A stretch of 64,000 bases of DNA from Haliotis rufescens (Eukaryota). Numbering within the stretch: the first letter of the stretch is position 1; each line of letters opens with the position of its first letter. A model generated the notes under the pieces. It had not been told where the DNA came from and ran no database searches. It was given only the letters and a program-made list of their open reading frames with translations. Positions 11,526-23,908 of the stretch are shown piece after piece. The position numbers and the translations under genes were made by a program. The DNA is taken from assembly GCF_023055435.1 (NCBI RefSeq), contig NW_025963890.1:1798001-1862000 (forward strand). The letters are read 5' to 3'.

Positions 11526-12986
11526 TATACTTTACTTTAAGGTTTAAAAAAAGAGCAAACATCAACAAGTTTCATTTTACACAATTATTTTTGTGTGTAA
11601 AAAATCTATGTATAAATTTAAACTGAAATAGTCTCTTGTCTATTTTCTATATTTAATAAACATGTTCTTCCCGACGAAACTGTCTAATAGTTGTTTTCGC
11701 CATTTAAGGCACTCATGAGGTACACCACTATTCTCTACTTCCTTTATTTTGATTTGATTTTATTAATAGTGCCAGCCATGCACTGGGGACATCCATCGAA
11801 GGGTCACACATGAAGTCTTAAGGCAATCTGACTTTTCAACTTTCAATGGATGAGTCAGGTCATTCTGACATAGTAATTCATTGAGCCTTAATTTGTCTGT
11901 CATACCATGCTTCCTGTTAAATGCAAGTCAGCAATATAACTGGCAGATGATGCAATTACTGTGATCAGTGGTATCGCCAGACCACAGGTGTTAGGGCAGG
12001 TAATATCACAGCCTCAGGTGTTATGGCTATAATGACATCATCGTCAGCAGATGATATCGTAGCAGCCGGTGTTTTAGCAAAAAAAAAATTGCAAGTGATG
12101 TCAGGACTTTTGATTGGTTAACCAAGCAATTTTGTGTGTGTTTATGTTTCCGTACAAAAAAAATTTAATCAGACTGGTAATAGAATTAATGGGGGTTGTC
12201 ATTCAGGTTTTGCGTGTGAATGATTAAACATGTAGAATGTGAAGTTATTATTGTTGACAGTTCTATAACGAAGAAATGCCTTGGATATGTTTTTGCATCT
12301 ATGGAGATATAAAAGTGAAAACTGGTGCCCCACTTCACCAAAACTGCAACGCTGTGCAGATGTACGCAAAAAGTGCAGAGTGGTTTTTCGTTTATTACTC
12401 TATAAAAATATAATTTCCACAGCTATTTGCCCTTTATGCCAAGTGAAATCTGCTTCTAGGCTGGTTATTCTCTTGCAATGACAATCAAAATTTATTGTAT
12501 ACAGAAAAACAGCAAACGTTAAGTGAAGACAACCACCCTTTTGGAGACACCACATAAAACAATTCCAACAAAACCAACCAAGAACTCGTCAAGAGGAAAC
12601 AAACATATTAGGACGATGAACAAGATGCCTATAAAACCAACTGACCACTCATCATGGGGTGTGTGTCAACACTCCACCACCGCCACACACTCCATGACAC
12701 TGACCCAGTGTTTGGCCATCCTCGCTGCATGCTCCCCCATGATGGCGGGCAATTAGCGGCACCTTCCCTCCATCTTCACCTTTGACAATAGTCACAATAC
12801 ACACACCAATCAATGGTAATGATTGCTTGTTGGCCACAAGGGAGGAGGAGGAAGTATTCCCTTGCTGGAAGTGTTTTCACTGAAGCACTTAATTGCCTGT
12901 CCAGTGGCGGGAGTGCCAAGGGTCTGAGGGAGTTGAACTCACTGTCTCCTGGCCCTGCTCCTGCCTCTGGAGCTGCGACTATCACG

Positions 12987-13055
12987 TGAGTGCGGATGGT
13001 TTTACCCCGCTTTTAGCAATACTCCAGCAATATCATGGGCTTCACACATTGTACT
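12987..13055 (-). mobile_element. SINE family A, 3' fragment
   Basis: GGTTTTACCCCGCTTTTAGCAATACTCCAGCAATATC-ATGGGCTTCACACATTGTAC matches the family A tail. Confidence 0.8.
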
Positions 13056-13775
13056 GACTATCATGTATACAAGGCTTACAATAGTCATAGCTGAGACCGT
13101 TTTGTGGAACTTGGCCCTATCATGTGACCAAGGCTGCCAATAGTCGAAGCACTGAGATCGTTTTGTGGAACTTGGGCCTATCATGTGAACAAGGCTGACA
13201 ATAGTCGAAGCACTGAGATCGTTTTGTGGAACTTGGGCCTATCATGTGAACAAGGCTGACAATAGTCGAAGCACTGAGATGGTTTTGTGGAACTTGGGCC
13301 TATCATGTGAACAAGTCTGACAATAGTCGAAGCACTGAGATGGTTTTGTGGAACTTGGTCCTATCATGTGAACAAGGCTGACAATAGTCGAAGCACTGAG
13401 ATGGTTTTGTGGAACTTGGGCCTATCATGTGAACAAGGCTGACAATAGTCGAAGCACTGAGATCGTTTTGTGGAACTTGGCCTTATCATGTGACCAAGGC
13501 TGACAATAGTCGAAGCACTGAGATCGTTTTGTGGAACTTGGCCCTATCATGTGAACAAGTCTGACAATAGTCGAAGCACTGAGATGGTTTTGTGGAACTT
13601 GGTCCTATCATGTGAACAAGGCTCAGACAATAGTCGAAGCACTGAGATCGTTTTGTGGAACTTGGCCTTATCATGTGAACAAGGTTTACAATAGTCGAAG
13701 CACTGAGATCGTTTTGTGGAACTTGGGCCTATCATGTGAACAAGGCTGACAATAGTCGAAGCACTGAGATCGTGT
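13056..13775. repeat. 61-bp minisatellite, ~11.5 copies
   Basis: Unit CAATAGTCGAAGCACTGAGATCGTTTTGTGGAACTTGGGCCTATCATGTGAACAAGGCTGA. Confidence 0.96.
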
Positions 13776-13891
13776 TGCGTGACGGCCCTGGGCCCTTCTC
13801 AGTAAGGCTACTGGTTACATAGAGATGGACAACTACTATATTCAACAAACTGCATTGGTGGATCCTTAAACTGCCTCTCTTGGTTCCACAT

Positions 13892-14386
13892 GGATTCTAC
13901 CTCCTATCTTAACATTGTGTATATAAGCACTATCGAGACTGTTGCAGTCACCACTATTCCAGCCACATCATGGTGGGCTAGGTCATCAGGGATTCTACCT
14001 CCTATCTTAACATTGTGTATATAAGCACTATCGAGAATGTTGCAGTCACCACTATTCCAGCCACATCATGGTGGGCTAGGTCATCAGGGATTCTACCTCC
14101 TATCTTAACATTGTGTATATAAGCACTATCGAGAATGTTGCAGTCACCACTATTCCAGCCACATCATGGTGGGCTAGGTCATCAGGGATTCTACCTCCTA
14201 TCTTAACATTGTGTATATAAGCACTATCGAGAATGTTGCAGTCACCACTATTCCAGCCACATCATGGTGGGCTAGGTCATCAGGGATTCTACCTCCTATC
14301 TTAACATTGTGTATATAAGCACTATCGAGACTGTTGCAGTCACCACTATTCCAGCCACATCATGGTGGGCTAGGTCAGCAGGATCC
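13892..14386. repeat. 98-bp tandem repeat, 5 near-identical copies
   Basis: GATTCTACCTCC starts at 13893, 13991, 14089, 14187, 14285. Confidence 0.96.
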
Positions 14387-15589
14387 ACACCTCTATGCTC
14401 TCCTCCCCAGTACTAAACAGCCCGAGAGTTACTGCTCCATCATATATATCTGACAGCTTCATTAGAGTGGACAAACACTGACAGTGTAAGAGCTCCATCT
14501 CCCATGGCCATGATGCCTGTATACAGTTTGTGTAGCTGAACAACATACTGGATATTTTCTACCAAATGGTTCCAGCTCAGGTCTGAACTGCAATTTGCAA
14601 GTCTTGCATAAAGCTGTCTGTATTGATCAGTATAACTACATCTATACATAGATGCCTTATCACACATGGAGTGCAGGGGTCTGAGGCTCCTGGGCTGTTT
14701 GGACCATTGTGGAACTTCATCTTCTTGCCTCAAGTACACCAACTATCTACAGACCAAACTGAGGCAAAGGGAGTGAGTTAGTTAGCTTGATATGTGAGTC
14801 ATGTCACAGTGTGGTGGTTACAGTGTAAGCAAAGCCCACAATGATGCTTGGTGTAGACCTCTCCACTTTGGGGAAACCGAAAAGCCACCGACTACTGGAT
14901 TCAAGCAGCGGAGGGATGCAACCTTAGTGGCCACCTTAGACCACTGGGCCACCGTGCCCTTCATACCACTGGAGACTTTGAGAAGGTACAATTGACTGTA
15001 CTACTATATACTGGGAGTAGGTAAACGATCAAAGTTCAAGTTCAATCTTATTTTGACTTTTAAGATCATGACAGAAAGTTTAAATTCAAAACCACTTCTT
15101 GTGGTTAATGACATAATATTTCCTATCCTTCTAGGTTAGAAAGTAAACAGCAATAATCAGTATTTAATTGGTTGCTCCACAAAGTGATCAATCCCACCAC
15201 AATTAAATAATCCAAGTCTATCTCACCCTGTTATGCATAAAAGCCAAAGTGACAGCAGCATCCCTAACCGTCCCTGGCTAAATACTGCAATTAGGTGTAC
15301 TTAAGCCAGCTGTGACTCTGATTACAGACTGCATGTTATATCTAGATATAGATCCTCTCGGAAGCCCTTGCTCCAAACAAAGCGCAGACAGCAGTAATTA
15401 ACTATGATGAAATAGGAAATTGCAATCAAGAGACTGGCATTGTGGTGGGACTGAAGGCTTATATAAATCTTAGATAACAAAATCAATGCAAAATAGATGA
15501 GTATACTATTTACTGAAGAAATGTAACTTGTATTATGATAGTAAATGTATTGGAATTCAAATAGAAAAGAACGTGGAGTGAGGTGATCT

Positions 15590-15845
15590 CACATCAATAG
15601 GAAGTTATCTCACAGTGCTATACAGTTATATGAAATCAATATGGAGTTATCTCACAGTAGTACTATTTATCTCACAGCAATATGAAGTTGTCTCACAGCA
15701 GTATGCAGTTATCTCACAGGAATATGAATTTATCTCACTGCAGTATAGTTATCTCACAGCAACATGAAGTTATCTCACAGCAGTATACAGTTATTTTACA
15801 GCAGTATAGTTATCTCACAGCAAAATGAAGTTATCTCACAGCAGT
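15590..15845. repeat. Degenerate 18-20-bp tandem repeat
   Basis: Core AGTTATCTCACAGCA recurs about 12 times. Confidence 0.85.
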
Positions 15846-16186
15846 CAACAATCGGAACTTAATGATCAACCCAGTGACTGAAAAAATGGAATAGACAGAA
15901 AAACATGAAAGGCTTAGAATACATTAGATCTGTAAATGTTCAACCTTGAAACCTGATCATACAGTACATTTATGTTCAATATGCCTGTGTATACAACCAT
16001 TACTTCTTTAAACACTTCATGACACAATCAGAAATACACTTGGGAACCTCTGCAGCACAAATAATTAGGTAGACACGCCATATTTCAGCAATCAGCCATA
16101 TTTCAGCAATAAGCTGTCTTCAAACAATTCAATCAGCAACATTTCAGTGATCCAATCAGCCATATTTCAGCAATGCAATCACCAAT

Positions 16187-16541
16187 ATAATAATTAGTGC
16201 ATTTATAATGTGCCAGATTCCATTCACCAAGTGGATGCTCATAGCGCTACACTATTATTACCCCACTCAATGGATCAGTGAGTACTCAATTTTCATTCTC
16301 AGCTCCGTGGCGAGTATACAACCCAAGCTGCCTGTTCGGCGCTTGAAGGTTAACAGCCACATTGCCTCCTCATCCTACCGGGTACCCACTCACTGCTGGG
16401 TGAACAGAGGCACATTTCAAACAAAGCCACTTGCCTAAGTTAAGCTTCCGAGCGTGGTCACCCATCCAACTACTCTCTGAGACCGACGTTGCTTAACTTC
16501 ACCTGATTTGTGACCTGTGCGTTGTGCACAGAACCACATGC
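16187..16541 (-). mobile_element. 5S-rRNA-derived SINE (SINE3-type) with CORE-like domain
   Basis: Minus strand GAAGTTAAGCAACGTCGG...AGTAGTTGGATGGGTGACC = 5S internal control region; then CTTAGGCAAG...TGCCTCTGTTCACCCAGCAGTGAGTGGGTACC (CORE-like); tail AGCGCTATGAG...ATTATAAATGCACTAATTATTAT. Confidence 0.75.
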
Positions 16542-17439
16542 ACAGCAATCAGCCATAATCTAGCAAGTGCTTTGTCCCTATAGCCGTTAAACCAGCGCCT
16601 ACCTTCCTGAACTCGTGTTCTCAGAGGCATGTTTACATCTGGGAGTTGATATTTGCCACACAAGCTACACCATGTTTAAAGTAAGAAACAGAGACTGTAA
16701 CACTGAAGGCTCGATCTGTACAAATGATCAATTTGGAAAGCTTGCTATGCAGCGGGACATCTGTATTGACGAAGCCTACCTGTGTACCTACGATCTGGAG
16801 TTCCACCATTAATGCTGAATAAACATGTGCACACGCCAGAGGAGAATGCAGTATTTTCACTTCAACTCGGAATACATCAACTTGACAGCTCCACAGACAA
16901 TGAGTGCAACAGTGCTAAAACGTAAACTTGAACCAAATGACGTTTCCCAAGAGAGCTCCCACACTAGCAGATACGCTATTTGCATCAAACAGCCAGCACT
17001 TACCATTCACACAGCACAAGTAAGTGTCAGTGTCCTATTACTTACAGTGAATCAAATCAATTCTGACCAAAATAATGAAAAGCTAGAGATGACATACTGA
17101 TTATAACTGGGCTATGTTAAGTATGTACATTCCTGATAAGCTACGATTGCTTGATTGTGAAAACATTTGTAACTCCTCACACTTGTGTTTCTACAAAACA
17201 ACTTGAAAACCTCCCACGCCATATAGCACTTACAATCATCACAGAAAACAAGCATATGTACACAAGCGAAACTCGTTTTTGCCAGCATAACTGACATTCC
17301 TTGAAATACAATATCCTAGAATCACAGACAAGTATTTATGTTTCAGCTGCCAAAAAAATTAAACAATTATTCTGCAAAGCCTTGAAGTTGTCAGCTCTTC
17401 TGTTATCTCTGCTGTTGAAAGCAAGAGCTTATGCGTCTT

Positions 17440-19445
17440 TCAGTCATATCCAAGCAGCAGGCAACAATAGTCTAGCAAAAGTCTAGCAAAAGTCTAGCAA
17501 TAGTCTAGCAATAGTCTAGCAATCAGTCATATCCTAGCAGCGATCAGCAATATTTCAGAAATCAACCACATTCAAGTTAGTGAGTGCGAGGTTTCATGCA
17601 GCTTTCAACAGTAAGTGTGCAATATGGTCGGGCCGGACAGCAGAAATTGGAAATTGAACCCAGGCTTTCCACATAAAGAGCCGTGATCAGCCATAGCCAA
17701 GCAGCAATCAGCCATATCCTGGCAGCATTCAGCCATATCCAAGCAGCAATCAGACATATCCAAGCAGCGATATCCAAGCAGCAATCAGCCATATCCTGGC
17801 AGCGTTCAGCCATATCCAAGCAGCAATCAGACATATCCAAGCAGCAATATCCTGGCAGCGATCAGACATATCCAAGCAGCGATCAGACATATCCAAGCAG
17901 CGATCAGACATATAGCCAAGGAGCGCTATCCTGGCAGCGTTCAGCCATATCCAAGCAGCAATCAGACATATCCAAGCAGCGTTCAGCCATATCCAAGCAG
18001 CGATATCCTAGCAGCGATCAGACATCCTAGCAGCGATATCCAAGCTGTGATCAGATATATCCTAGCAGCAATCAGGCATATCCTAGCAGCGATATCCAAG
18101 CTGTGATCAGCCATATCCTAGCAGCGATATCCAAGCAGCAATCAGCCATATCCTAGCAGCAATCAGCCATATCCAAGCAGCGATATCCTTGCAGCGATTA
18201 GACATCCTAGCAGCGATATCCTAGCAGCGATATCCAAGCTATGATCAGCCATATCCTAGCAGCAATCAGCCATATCCTAGCAGCAATCAGCCATATCCTA
18301 ACAGCAATCAGCCATATCCAAGCAGCGATCAGACATATAGCCAAGGAGAGCTATCCTGGCAGCGTTCAGCCATATCCAAGCAGCAATCAGACATATCCAA
18401 GCAGCGTTCAGCCATATCCAAGCAGCGATATCCTAGCAGCGATCAGACATCCTAGCAGCGATATCCAAGCTGTGATCAGATATATCCTAGCAGCAATCAG
18501 GCATATCCTAGCAGCGATATCCAAGCTGTGATCAGTCATATCCTAGCAGCGATATCCAAGCAGCAATCAGCCATATCCTAGCAGCAATCAGCCATATCCA
18601 AGCAGCGATATCCTTGCAGCGATTAGACATCCTAGCAGCGATATCCAAGCTGTGATCAGCCATATCCAAGCAGCAACCAGCCATATCCTAGCAGCAATCA
18701 GCCATATCCAAGCAGCGATATCCTTGCAGTGATTAGAAATCCTAGCAGCGATATCCTAGCAGCGATATCCAAGCTATGATCAGCCATATCCTAGCAGCAA
18801 TCAGCCATATCCTAGCAGCAATCAGCCATATCCTAACAGCAATCAGCCATATCCAAGCAGCGATTAGACATCCTAGCAGCGATATCCAAGCAGCAATCAG
18901 CCATATCCTAGCAGCAATTAGCCATAGCCTAGCAGCAATCAGCCATATCCTAGCAGCAATCAGCCATATCCTAGCAGAAATCAGCCATTTCCAAGCAGCG
19001 ATATACTTGCAACGATTAGACATCCTAGCAGCGATATCCTAGCAGCGATATCCAAGCTGTGATCAGCCATATCCAAGCAGCGATATCCTTGCAGCAATCA
19101 GACATCCTAGCAGCAATATCCTAGCAGCAATATCCAAGCTGTGATCAGTATATCCAAGCAGCCATCAGCCATATCCAAGCAGCGATCAGCCATATCCAAG
19201 CAGCGATCAGCCATATCCAAGCAGCGATCAGTATATCCACGCAGCGATCAGCCATATCCAAACAGCAATCAGTATATATAGCAGCTATCAGACATATCCA
19301 AGCAGCGATCAGTATATCCAAGCAGCGATCAGTATATCCATGCAGCGATCAGCCATATCCAAGCAGCGATCAGTATATCCATGCAGGGATATCCTGGCAG
19401 CGATCAGTATATCATATCCTGGCAGCCATCAGCATATCCTCGCAA
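17440..19445. repeat. Degenerate 21-bp minisatellite (14/19/21-bp variants) with higher-order duplications
   Basis: Core CAGCAATCAGCCATATCCWAG; source of the ISHILAA/SAISKQ ORFs; related units also at 16075-16180. Confidence 0.93.
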
Positions 19446-19778
19446 TATGTGAGGAAACCAAGAATGATCATTACATATTGTACCAACACAAAGAATCAAA
19501 CCTTTTATATAAAAAAACCCAATGAGCTCCTCCAGCTACTCCTTCATGGGCATGAGTGTGTGCTTACTGCTGTCTTTCACAGTTGTAGGGGAGATCTTAA
19601 AGATTAAACATGATGAACATGATGGACTTCAAACACTGAACCTATGTGGCATGGGGAATCAAACCTGGGGCCCTCAGCATGACAAATGAACGCTTTAACC
19701 ATTAGGCTACCCCACCACACTTCACCCCATGGGGCACCAGGGACCTTCTTAACCCTTTATTTCTAATGACCTCCTAGG

Positions 19779-19823
19779 AGTGAGTGAGTGAGTGAGTGAG
19801 TGAGTGAGTGAGTGAGTGAGTGA
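19779..19823. repeat. (GAGT)n microsatellite at the tail of a decayed family D SINE (to ~20035)
   Basis: About 11 GAGT units followed by tail-like AATATTCAGCAATATCATG. Confidence 0.85.
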
Positions 19824-20599
19824 GGGAAAATGCTGCTTGACAAATATTCAGCAATATCATGTCAACTGTATGTGGGAGGACATCCAAGTCAGGCAGGTTC
19901 TGGACATTGTCACCTTGGTGAAACATATGTGCATTAGTTTGCTGACAAACGCATGATCTTGGGATTCTGTGTTAAGTGACACAACTCAGCATAGCAAATT
20001 CCAGTGCCTTAGATGACTTGACCATCTCTGCCCCCTTCCAAGAAGGAACCTTCTTCAGCATTATTCCAGCCATATCAGGGAGGGACCACAAGCTGGACTT
20101 CACATCTAATTCCATGTGAAAAATCAAAACTGGTTGCATGGAGTGTCAAATAAGTTCTTCAACTCCAAGACTTGCCCACCTCCCACTCATCAGTATATAA
20201 GACTGTGGGCAGAGCCACTCCTACACCCACCAGCATCAATACAGAATCAACCTCCCCTCATCAATGGCAGCCTGTGACTCCACCAGCCACTAGTGTATGA
20301 CCCCTTTCAACTGTATTGTTACGTAAAGTCGATTCTAATGTGTTCATTGATTCTCAATCAAGACCTGTTTAGTCATCAATACCAGTAGTCCCTGGCTCTT
20401 CACTGATCCCATGCTTTTAGTCTGAATGCAGCGGTAATGGCCCATATGACCCAGGTTAGGCAAGTGGACTGCAGGTTTACCGAGATAGACACGAGTCACC
20501 CAGCTTTGGTTAAGGGCATCCTTGTGCCAAGAGGACAATCCTGTGATAAAGTCATGAACATCAACCTTTACTAAAGTACCCTCAGCTAATCTGTCAAAT

Positions 20600-21135
20600 T
20601 GTCCTCACATCAGCTTCAGCACTTTCACCTGAATGTTCAATACGCTCCTAATGCTGAATGTCTGCCATCATGGAGAAGCTGGGAGAGAATGGAGTGTGAA
20701 TGTGCCGATAATTTCAAGTCCTCATGGGACACTGGCAGACAAGAGAAAATGGCTTGGCTGGGCCAAACACACCCAAACTCAATCATATACACGAAGACAC
20801 TGCAGTCCACATTGTTTTAGAGGGTTCATCATTGTACATGCAGACAGGACAGTTCAATTTCTTCATGAAAAATTACCCATTTGTAACAACCAGTTGTGTC
20901 TGAGAGACACATCGATTCACGTTTTAGATTGGTACAGATCTGATGTCATACAATCATAATTACCAAAACCTTTAAGGAAATTTGTCCAGCTTCTAAAGAA
21001 AGGTAACAAAGACAGCAAGGACAATATGTACAACACTATCAAATTAAAATGCATTGGAAAAGCGTAAGTCGATACTCAACACTGTCTGAACACTGTGTTG
21101 TAAAGAACTCCTGACAAAGACATTCAATGTGTGGT
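20600..21135 (-). pseudogene. Possible decayed Crypton-like (DUF3504-type) tyrosine recombinase fragment
   Basis: Minus-strand remnants CLCQEFFT..DSVEY, NLKRESM..DTTG.YKWVIFHEE, GTFTLHSLPAS (cf. FTNHSLRAT), GRHSALGAY; stops and frameshifts. Confidence 0.3.
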
Positions 21136-21694
21136 CTGCATGCTAGGTGTTAAACTGGCTCCATTATTCAAGCAGGCTGTTTATCACTGAGACTGGATAT
21201 GTTGACCTATTAGCCAAGACTTGGTGTCTCTCTGCCCCACCTTCTCCGCCCCCACACCCTCGCTGCAAGACATCGCCAACAGTTCCATGTCTACAGACCC
21301 TGGCTGTATTACACGATCATGTCTCCACTCTTGCCATCTCACCCCTAACTCTCTCGTTACCATAGTAACCGTTATTCCTATTTCTTCTTGACCAAAAAAT
21401 GTAGGCGGCATAGAAAATGACTTTCTTACACACGGTACAGTTGCACTCATTTAACATTCTAAATGAGAGAGACAGGATTCATTTTTCTTCTCAAAGGATA
21501 GTTTCTTATCAATCAGTATGTGAAAACATTATTTCAGGTCATGTTTTCAAAATCTGATTAGGCAGCTTAAAGATCCAATAACATCATCAGACTGGACAGC
21601 TTGGCAGCTCCTTTCCAGGTGTCAGCAGAAGAAACACCAACTCAACAAGCATCTTTTCTATCCTGAATGGTTGATAAACATGACAATCAATAAT

Positions 21695-21954
21695 ATATGT
21701 GACCAACCATGAGATAATGGACCCTGTGGGGGAAAAATCACATTTTCACTTTTCATTATATTTTAAAACTTCAGCATCCTCGGAACACAAAAATACGATT
21801 CACAAGCCTCAATTAATATTTATTACAGAGACACATGACATCACACATATCAATCTTGACTGAAGTAAGTTGCCGTCAAACGTCTTAATGACGTCATTGC
21901 ACAATTGTATCCTAGCACCGATAAGGTCCCTTTTCTCCCCAGTGGATCACATAT
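21695..21954. mobile_element. Short non-autonomous TIR element, decayed
   Basis: ATATGTGACC...GAGATAATGGACC versus GGTCCCTTTTCTC...GATCACATAT imperfect inverted termini in TA context. Confidence 0.55.
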
Positions 21955-22101
21955 ATATGGAAACTAGCACCCAACAGCTGCAAGTGAGGGAGTTGGTTTT
22001 TACGCCGCTGTCAGCCACACTCCAGCAATATCATGGCAAGGACATCAGAAATGGTCTTCACTCATTGTACCCAATTCGAGTCGGAACAAGGCCAAAGTAG
22101 A

Positions 22102-22272
22102 ATGAGTGAGTGAGTGAGTATGGTTTTACGCCGCTTTGAGCAATATTCCAGCAATATCACGGCGAGGGACACCAGAAATGGGCTTCACACATTGTACCCA
22201 TGTTGGGAATCGAACCCGGGTCTTCGGCGTGACGAGCGAACGCTTTAACCACTAGGCTACCCGACCGCCCCC
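22102..22272 (-). mobile_element. tRNA-derived SINE family A, full-length (decayed partial copy immediately upstream, 21985-22090)
   Basis: Head GGGGCGGTCGGGTAGCCTAGTGGTTAAAGCGTTCGCTCGTCACGCCGAAGACCCGGGTTCGATTCCC (A and B boxes); (TCAC)n tail. Confidence 0.95.
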
Positions 22273-22454
22273 TACGTAGAAAGAAGCTAAGAAGCTACGT
22301 CATACATCAAAGAGGGCATAGGGAAACTATGTTAATCCTGTCAGTAATGTTCCAAGTGACATCAGCAACAGGTTAATGAATCAAGAGTTTAATTTCCCTC
22401 TGTACAAATGTAGCCATACATTCCAAAAAGGAAACATCCTTACTACATTCACTT

Positions 22455-22655
22455 GGAGGCACTGGTGGCCCAGTTGTCTTAGGTGCCGCAATTCGTTGTA
22501 CAAGAAGCTATGATTGTGGGTTTGAATCCTGGTTTGCTTGATTAAGTTTCTAGGTTGGTCAGCACCATACCCATGTTCATGGGTTTCACCAAAGCGGTAA
22601 ATGTCGGAGACCTGCATCACTTCAGGCTTTTTTTCACATTAAGCTAACATGCCAT
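22455..22655 (+). mobile_element. SINE family D copy, cut by assembly gap
   Basis: A box TGGCCCAGTTG, B box GGTTTGAATCC; body homologous to 6572-6740. Confidence 0.7.
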
Positions 22656-22666
22656 TAAAACTGTAG

Positions 22667-22810
22667 NNNNNNNNNNNNNNNNNNNNNNNNNNNNNNNNNN
22701 NNNNNNNNNNNNNNNNNNNNNNNNNNNNNNNNNNNNNNNNNNNNNNNNNNNNNNNNNNNNNNNNNNNNNNNNNNNNNNNNNNNNNNNNNNNNNNNNNNNN
22801 NNNNNNNNNN
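22667..22810. other. Assembly gap (N run)
   Basis: 144 N. Confidence 1.
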
Positions 22811-23352
22811 AGTATATCTTCATAAAAAAACATAAAACTTGAATAAGCTCAATACCCAATATGAACCTACGACATGTTTATTTATGGGATTGTCAATAAC
22901 AGTTAATAGCAGTTGCTGTAGATGTTCTGTGATGAAGTAAACAGCGACTGATGACAATGTGAACACATGCTGTCACAGACTGCCATAACACACAGGGCAT
23001 ATATCTTTGTATCCTTGATATAGGATACTGCTGAATATTTACCCATGTCACACAAAACATGGAGATGAATTACGCAGCATAAATATAGAGTTAACAATAC
23101 ACAGAGCAACATGTGGCAGCATTACATGGTGATTAAATGTGTAGTGTCAACACAGGGAATATATACCGATCAACACGAGTGATATATTGACTGGTATTGT
23201 CATGGAGGCCATGGGATACAGGGTTATCCCACCATAATCTGCAGAAATAATCATTCTTAATCATCTTGGCATGAAATAGACCATGACAACTTTAGTAGGC
23301 ATAAAGCAAAGAAATGGGATAAGGGAAACTTTGTGGGTAATTGAAGTAGCAG

Positions 23353-23493
23353 NNNNNNNNNNNNNNNNNNNNNNNNNNNNNNNNNNNNNNNNNNNNNNNN
23401 NNNNNNNNNNNNNNNNNNNNNNNNNNNNNNNNNNNNNNNNNNNNNNNNNNNNNNNNNNNNNNNNNNNNNNNNNNNNNNNNNNNNNNNNNNNNN
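23353..23493. other. Assembly gap (N run)
   Basis: 141 N. Confidence 1.
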
Positions 23494-23850
23494 TCAGCAA
23501 TTTTTCTGCAGATGGCAGTCTGTAAATAATCAACTCTGGACCAGAAAATCCAGTGATTGACATCCAATTAGGATACAATGACATGCATCAACCCGATCCT
23601 GTTTGTCGCCTCTTACGACAAGGATAGTCGCCTTTTACAGCAAGCATGGGTTCTTAAAGACCTATTCTACCCCAAATCCTCATTGGTTGTGTGAGGGAGC
23701 ATTGTTTTATGCTGCTTGTAGAATATTCCAGCAATTACATATGGCAGGGGACACCATAAATGGCCTTCACACATTCTACATGTGAAGAATCAAAACGAGG
23801 CTTTCGGCGTTGCGAGCAAACGCTGTAACCACTGGGCTACCCCACCGCCA
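23494..23850 (-). mobile_element. Family B copy (23494-23688, internally deleted) abutting a decayed family A copy (23690-23850)
   Basis: Homology to both families; AACCACTGGGCTACCCCACCGCC is the family A head. Confidence 0.82.
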
Positions 23851-23908
23851 CTTCTTACAATGAAAGTAAGGAACCTTCACCTGCAGTCATATCTTCAAAG
23901 TCATTACC

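Larger units (their letters stand above)
12600..14750 (-). pseudogene. Possible decayed DIRS1-like retrotransposon fossil
   Basis: Weak remnants: RNase H-like (SWNHLVE..QL..TGIM..DGAL 14440-14742; GAVTLGLFSTGE ~14400) then YR-like (RPLALPPLDRQL, KQSL ~12800-12930). Interrupted by two tandem arrays. Confidence 0.28.

Noticed and set aside
16440-16541. Functional 5S rRNA gene
   Set aside because: Only the internal control region matches; terminal helices are absent and it is fused to a SINE body.
16620-17100. LINE endonuclease remnant on the minus strand (SINGGTPD, QIDHL)
   Set aside because: Only two weak motifs; not enough without a translated search.
17577-19525. ISHILAA and WLIAAR periodic ORFs as coiled-coil proteins
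   Set aside because: Products of the 21-bp minisatellite with frequent frame breaks.
22200-22272. tRNA genes at family A, C and D heads
   Set aside because: No proper acceptor stem; each continues into a SINE body and tail, several with TSDs.
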